Below are positions 58,705 through 64,000 of a stretch of DNA of 64,000 nucleotides, one piece after another. The notes under the pieces are model-generated. The model was not told the origin of the DNA, ran no database searches, and saw only the letters and a list, made by a program, of their open reading frames with translations. A program made the position numbers and the translations under genes. Numbering within the stretch: position 1 is the first letter of the stretch; the number at the start of each line of letters is the position of its first letter. Source of the DNA: Alphaproteobacteria bacterium (lineage in GTDB: Bacteria; Pseudomonadota; Alphaproteobacteria; VGEJ01); assembly GCA_965219135.1 (NCBI GenBank), contig CBDCMV010000003.1, forward strand, positions 1,695,980 to 1,759,979, written 5' to 3'.

Positions 58705-59043
58705 TATGGCGCCCTCGTCCAGGATCTCGACGCTCTCGACGGCCGAGACCGGGAGGGTGTCGGGATCGAAGGTCGAGTCCGATACGCGGCACCCGTTGAT
58801 GAGGACCGCGGCGCGGCCGGTTCCGAGGACGAACGGCCGATGCAGGCCGAAATCGTTGTAGATCGACCGGCTCAGCAGCAGCTCCCCGACATTCGTCAAG
58901 CCCGACATCTCGATATCCGTCCGGTCGATCACCGCGATCGGGCGCGGCATCTCTGCCGCAGGTGCCGCCGGCAAGGCCATCATCACCGCGATGGCCGGCC
59001 CAAGGGCCGCCACAGCACGGAACTTATAAAACTTGCGGACCAT
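58705..59043 (-). pseudogene. TonB-dependent receptor plug fragment
   Basis: Signal peptide, PIAVIDR.DI..SG.TNV.ELL, VLING.RV, LP.SAVE.VEIL.EG, then unrelated sequence. Confidence 0.7.
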
Positions 59044-59309
59044 CGGGAACGTCCTCCTGTCCTGGCGCCCGCGTCGGAGAATTTCGCCAAGCGCTCGCGC
59101 TCGTGGGTGAATGGCGGCGTCGGCTGGCCGCTCGGCTCGCCGGCGAAAACTCTGCAGACAACCGTGTTCCCGGCGGAGACAACAGATCCGGAAGAGTTGA
59201 CCGGAAAGCCGGAATTAGACAACCCGACGCACTTTGGTCTTGTCGTGTCGGGGATTCCTTTCGTCCGAGGAACGGCGGCTATCGCGATCTCGGTGGCGGC
59301 CAGGCCGGA

Positions 59310-60095
59310 CTAGATTCGCATGCTCCAATGCCGGCCCTTGCTCTGCTGCTTTTCGGCCTTGCGCTCGGCGCGCTGTTGCCGCAACTCCCGGAGCTTCTCC
59401 GGATCGTCGAGCAGACGGGCGACGCGCTCCTCGCGCATCCGGAGGGTCTCGCCCTCGCGTTGCCCTGCCAGGGTTGCCGCGAGGTGCCGGTCGTCGTCTT
59501 CAAGCACTTCGCGCACCCGCGCGAGCGCCGACCCGAGGCTCTCTTCCCGGAGCGCGATATGATCGAGGTGGATGGCGTAATTGCCCGGGTCGTCCATGAG
59601 TTCCTCGTAGCGGCCCACCGCAAAGTCGGTCACGTCCCGCCATGTGTCGTAGCGTCCAAGGTCGGGAACCGCCACGCCCCGCTCGGCCGCCTTGGCCTCC
59701 AGCGTCTCGCGGCGTTCCATCTGGCCCGCCATGTGTTCGCGGCAACTGTCGAAGTAGTTGCGGTTTGACACTACCTTGCCGAGCTCAGCGAGCACCGTGC
59801 TTATCTCCGATTTGACGCCGCGATCCAGGAGCATATTTTTGGAGACGCTGTCGAGCTCCTTGTGCAGACGGTCGTATCCGTCCGTGTAGATGACATGAAC
59901 GCCCTCCTCCACGGCGCGCTCCACCTGGCGGTTCCAGTCCCGCTTCAGTACCTGCGAGCGCTCCAGGACCTCCCGCGCGAAGGTCGCGGTCCGCATCCGA
60001 TCGTGGTAGTCCCGCCCGCCGACGAGATAGCCGATGGCGCGGCCGAGACGGGAGAGCGCCGCTTGCACAGGCGCGGCCCCCGCCCGATCTACCCC
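59310..60095 (-). pseudogene. C-terminal fragment of a large helical protein, possibly a plasmid relaxase/Mob tail
   Basis: Coiled-coil-like, ending RQQRAERKAEKQQSKGRHWSMRI, in the style of Mob/TraA tails; fused in frame to IS1182. Confidence 0.4.
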
Positions 60096-60948
60096 ATCCA
60101 TCAGGGCTCGCGCATGGTCGCGCGCTGCTTGGTTGACGTCGCGCGGGACCCGACGTTCCGGTGATTTGGGACAGCAACGGGCTTTCGACGGGCACGGTTC
60201 GCAATCGTGTCTGCTGGCCCGGTAATACAGCGTGTTGCCGTCGAACACCCGTCCGGTGGTGTGCAGTGTTTTACCGCCCGGGCAGGAGTAGACATCGCGC
60301 TCGACATCGAAGACGAAGTCCTCGCGAGAGAAGGTGCCGTCGTCCCGCTTGCCCTTGTCCCAAACCGGGATGTGCGGTTCGATCTCCCGATCGACCAGCC
60401 CGCCCAGCATCTCGCCCGTGCCGTAGGCGACATCGGCGGCAATATGTTTCGGTTTGAGGGCGAAGCGGTTCTGTGTGCGCTCGATCATCGTTTCGGTGGC
60501 ATCCACCTCCTTGGAGATGCGGGTCGGCGTCGCCTCGACGTCGACGATGACGGCGTTGTCCATGTCGATGAGATAGTTGAGGCTGTAACCGAACATCACC
60601 TTGTGGCGCCCGCGCGTCGTCCACGCCGCGCAAGGATCGGTCGGCGATAGCGCCTTTGGCGCGCGCTCGGGATTGGTCGGCCCATCCTCACTATCGAGGG
60701 CCGCCAGATACTCCCGGATCGGCCGGCGTACCCGCTCCTCGTCCGACCCGTTGATCTCGGCACCTTCGACCCGTTTGAACCGACTGGCATCCGCCTCGAT
60801 CACGCTGGCATCGACGGCAAAGCCCTCGCCCTTGACCAGCCCCGCTTCCATGCACCGGCCAACCACGCTCTCGAACACCTGGCGAAGAATATCGCTCTCG
60901 CGGAACCGCCCGTGCCGGTTGACCGAGAACGTCGAGTGATCGGGCACC
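60096..60948 (-). mobile_element. IS1182-family transposase internal fragment
   Basis: PDHSTFS.NRHGRF, AVDAS.I.ADAS, S.TDP, AAD.AYG, Y.CP.GK, C..CP.K.RCC. Confidence 0.85.
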
Positions 60949-61335
60949 GCCGGGGCCAACGAATCACGCCACGCCGATCCTCGCAGCGGGTTTTTCAACA
61001 GCCTCAGCCACAAGCGGACGTTAGGACAGAAGGAAACTGTCGTTGCCGATGCGTTCGGGCGAAGGTTTCGGCCTAGATGGCGTTGTTCCCGTCGACCAGG
61101 CCGGCGCCCCGGAATCAGTCCGTAACGTACGTTTGTAGGCGATGTACACGATCGGCTAGTCTGCTGAATGGGCCGGGGCCTGCTATGGCTCAAGCGGCAG
61201 AGTTCTCGCGCTGACTTGGAGCCCGTCCCTGGGCCCTGGTGACGGCGTTAGCGCGATGAAGCTGGCCAAAGGCGGGGATCGCGTCGGCTCGCACCGGAGC
61301 ACCGGTCGCGGTCAACGGCTGAAAAGGAGGCGGAG

Positions 61336-62850
61336 ATGGAGGTACGGGTGCCGAGCCCCGCGGAGCTGCGCGAGGTGGCCGAGCGAATCGGGTTCTCGCT
61401 CGGCGAGGCCGATCTCGCGTCGTTCATCGAGCTGATGACGCCCAACATCGACTATTACAACCGGATCGAAGCGATGGCGGACGAGCTGCCCGCGGTGCGC
61501 TATCCGCGCCAGCCCGGATACCGGCCCGAGGCGGACGAGAATCCGCACAACGCCTGGTACGTCAAGACCGCGATCACCGGCGCACCGGAAGGGAAGCTCA
61601 AGGGTAAGCGGATCGCGCTGAAGGACACCATCATGCTCGCCGGGGTGCCGATGATGGTCGGGGCCTCGACCCTGGAAGGCTACGTGCCCGAGATCGACGC
61701 GACGATCGTCACCCGTATGCTGGATGCCGGCGGCGAGATCGCGGGCAAGGCGCACGCCGAGTGCCTGTGCCTTTCCGGGGGCAGCCACACCAACGCCGCC
61801 GGACCGGTGCACAACCCGCACCGGCGCGGCTACTCGTGCGGCGGCTCGTCCTCGGGCAGCGCCGCCCTGGTCGCCGCGGGCGAGGTCGACATGGCGCTCG
61901 GCGGCGACCAGGGTGGCTCGATCCGCATCCCCGCCACGTTCTGCGGCGTCTACGGGCTCAAGCCGACCTATGGCCTGGTGCCCTACACCGGAATCATGCC
62001 GGTCGAGGCCACCATCGATCACATTGGTCCGATGACCGCGACGGTGGCTGACAACGCGCTTCTCTTGGAAGTATTGGCCGGCCCCGATGAGTACGATCCG
62101 CGCCAATGCGGCGCCGAATCGCGTCCCTACACGACGCTCATGGAGGGTGGCGTCGCCGGCATGAAGATCGGGGTGGTGAAGGAGGGCTTCGGCCACCCGG
62201 GCGCCGAGGCCGAGGTCGAGGCCAAGGTGCGGGCGGCGGTGGAACGCCTTGCCACCCTGGGGGCCGAGGTGGCCGAGATCTCGATCCCCATGCACCTCGA
62301 GGGCGAGCTGATCTGGATGCCCATTACTTTCCAGGGTGTGACCGAGACGACGCTGTGGACTGACGGCTTCGGCATCGGCCGCAACGACCTCTACGTCACC
62401 AGCCTGACCGAGGCACATCGCCGCTGGCGCGGCCGGGCGGACGAGTTTCCCGATTCGGTCAAGGCCTGCTTTCTGTTGGGCACCTACATTCGCGACACCT
62501 ATGGCACCCGCCACTACGGCAAGGCGATCAACCTCTCGCGCCGGCTCACCGCCGCCTATGACGCGGCGCTGGCCGAGCACGATCTCTTGCTGATGCCGAC
62601 GGCGCCGGTCAAGGCGATGCCCATGCCCGGCCCGGAGGCTAGCCGCGGGGAGTACCTGCACGCCTCCCACAGCCTGTCGATCAACACCGCCCCGTTCAAC
62701 GTCACCTACCATCCGGCGATGAATGTGCCGTGCGGGATGGTCGAGGGGCTGCCGATCGGCATGATGCTGATCGGCAAGCACTTCGACGAAGGCACCGTCT
62801 ACCGCGCCGCCCTTGCCTTCGAGCAGGCGGGCGATTGGCGGACGATGTAA
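61336..62850 (+). CDS. Amidase signature family amidase
   Basis: ALKD, GGSSSGS, GGDQGGSIRIP, GLKPT.GLVP, DHIGPM; AGGAGG RBS. Confidence 0.93.
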   Translation: MEVRVPSPAELREVAERIGFSLGEADLASFIELMTPNIDYYNRIEAMADELPAVRYPRQPGYRPEADENPHNAWYVKTAITGAPEGKLKGKRIALKDTIMLAGVPMMVGASTLEGYVPEIDATIVTRMLDAGGEIAGKAHAECLCLSGGSHTNAAGPVHNPHRRGYSCGGSSSGSAALVAAGEVDMALGGDQGGSIRIPATFCGVYGLKPTYGLVPYTGIMPVEATIDHIGPMTATVADNALLLEVLAGPDEYDPRQCGAESRPYTTLMEGGVAGMKIGVVKEGFGHPGAEAEVEAKVRAAVERLATLGAEVAEISIPMHLEGELIWMPITFQGVTETTLWTDGFGIGRNDLYVTSLTEAHRRWRGRADEFPDSVKACFLLGTYIRDTYGTRHYGKAINLSRRLTAAYDAALAEHDLLLMPTAPVKAMPMPGPEASRGEYLHASHSLSINTAPFNVTYHPAMNVPCGMVEGLPIGMMLIGKHFDEGTVYRAALAFEQAGDWRTM

Positions 62851-62878
62851 GCGCGGCAGCAGCCAGGGGAGGCGCGGA

Positions 62879-63769
62879 ATGAAGAAGGTCGGTTTCGTGG
62901 GCCTCGGCGAGATGGGCCTGGGGATGGCGAATAATCTCGTCGCGGCCGGATTCGAGGTCACCGGCTACGACTTGCGGGCGGAGCGCGTGGCTAAGCTGGC
63001 CAAGGCCGGTGGCAAGGGCGCGGCGAGTTGCCGCGCCGTGAGCGAGGCGGCCGATGCGATCTTCGTCATGGTGATGACGGGCCAGCAGCTCCACGACGTT
63101 GTGACGGCCGAGGACGGACTTCTGGCCAGCTTGAAGCCCGGTAGCGCGATCATCGTCTCGGCCACGGTCAAGCCCTCGGAAGTCCGCGCCATCGAAGCGG
63201 CGGCGGCCGCGGCCGAGGTGGCGTTGATCGACTCCCCTGTGACCGGAGGGCGAGCGGGCGCCGAGTCTGGCGCACTGACCATGATGGTGGCGGCGAAGAA
63301 GGAGGTGCTGGAGGCCTACCGCGACCTCTTCGAGGTAGTCGGCAAGAACATCTTCCACGTCGGCGAAGAGATCGGCATGGGCCAGACGGTGAAGGCCGCG
63401 CTACAGGGAATCGCCGGCGCCGCCTACGCCGGGATATTCGAGGCACTGGTGCTCTCGGCCAAGGCCGGCGTCAAGGGCAAGACGCTCTTTGATGTGGTGC
63501 GCGCCAGCGCCGTCGCCAGCGCCCTGTTCGAGGTGTATGCGCCGCTGGTCATGGACCGCAAGTTCAAAGACACCGGCGCCCAGATCGCCACCATGTACAA
63601 GGACCTCGGCATCACCATGTCGCTGGCCCGTGAGCACGGCGCCGCGATGTTCGGTACCGCGGCCGCGTTCGAGCTGTTCCAGGCAGGCATCGCGCGCTAT
63701 CCCGACGAGGACAACCAGTCGATCGTCAAGTTCCTGGAAGAGATCGCGGGCACGACTGTCGCGTGGTAG
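62879..63769 (+). CDS. Beta-hydroxyacid dehydrogenase family (3-hydroxyisobutyrate / tartronate semialdehyde reductase-like)
   Basis: VGFVGLGEMG, DSPVTGG..GA..G.LT.M, GQTVK, MYKDL. Confidence 0.9.
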   Translation: MKKVGFVGLGEMGLGMANNLVAAGFEVTGYDLRAERVAKLAKAGGKGAASCRAVSEAADAIFVMVMTGQQLHDVVTAEDGLLASLKPGSAIIVSATVKPSEVRAIEAAAAAAEVALIDSPVTGGRAGAESGALTMMVAAKKEVLEAYRDLFEVVGKNIFHVGEEIGMGQTVKAALQGIAGAAYAGIFEALVLSAKAGVKGKTLFDVVRASAVASALFEVYAPLVMDRKFKDTGAQIATMYKDLGITMSLAREHGAAMFGTAAAFELFQAGIARYPDEDNQSIVKFLEEIAGTTVAW

Positions 63770-63798
63770 ACGGGGCTCGAGTGGTTGGGTCCCACGCG

Positions 63799-64000
63799 TT
63801 ACGCCGCCCCCATGGGATGGGCCCGGGCGGTTTCGAACATGGCGGCGACGTTGGCGGGCGGCACCTCGGGCTGGATGTCGTGCACGCTGTTCAGCACGTA
63901 CCCCCCGCCCCTACCAAAGATGTCGATCATGCGGCGGGTCTCGGCGCGAACCTCTTCCACCGTCCCGTAGGGGAGGACTCGCTGGGTGTCGACGCCGCCC
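63799..64000 (-). CDS. Uroporphyrinogen decarboxylase/MtaA family protein, 3' part
   Basis: Manual translation GGVDTQRVLPYGTVEEVRAE...GGGYVLNSVHDIQPEVPPANV.AM. Confidence 0.8.
   Translation of the reverse strand, partial: GGVDTQRVLPYGTVEEVRAETRRMIDIFGRGGGYVLNSVHDIQPEVPPANVAAMFETARAHPMGAA

Noticed and set aside
59190-59265. CCCGAC...GTCGGG hairpin and CCGGAA repeats upstream of the TonB receptor stub as a riboswitch
   Set aside because: No cobalamin or TPP riboswitch consensus recognisable by eye; an Rfam scan would be needed
61312-62961. Long antisense ORFs (549 aa here; also 47443..49173, 34743..35873, 53264..54238 and the IS shadows)
   Set aside because: Shadows of well-supported genes in high-GC DNA, with no recognisable motifs

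Overview
GC-rich alphaproteobacterial chromosome window (probably Rhodospirillales-like; this is inference from the conserved tRNA-Thr/murA/DUF2948/hisD/infA/maf/tRNA-Phe block at 4.3-9.3 kb). The surrounding accessory DNA is heavily eroded. It carries at least 15 IS copies or fragments (IS1595 x2, IS3 family x4 plus a remnant, IS5 x4, IS110, IS630, IS21, IS1182), a group II intron whose RT core is deleted, and many pseudogenes and chimeric ORFs made by internal deletions. Defence-type genes (SNF2 helicase/AbiJ-like/DUF1156 operon, N6 methylase, large DUF3883 protein, SIR2-like fragment) are all broken, while two toxin-antitoxin pairs are intact. The most interesting intact block is 20.1-27.7 kb: a divergently split yjfIJ/K+ channel/yjfKLM/yjfC-type (PspA plus glutathionylspermidine synthase-like) module. 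It has a tandem TTACATGTAA palindrome in the shared promoter and a YjfI with a putative DNA-binding N-terminal extension, and is followed by an AdoMetDC-like gene and a DUF3326 gene. Other intact genes are a sugar ABC system with three permeases and no ATPase, acoAB, an aldo/keto reductase, a 3-hydroxyacyl-CoA/gulonate dehydrogenase, an amidase and a beta-hydroxyacid dehydrogenase. All family assignments are from motif recognition by eye; no database searches were run.
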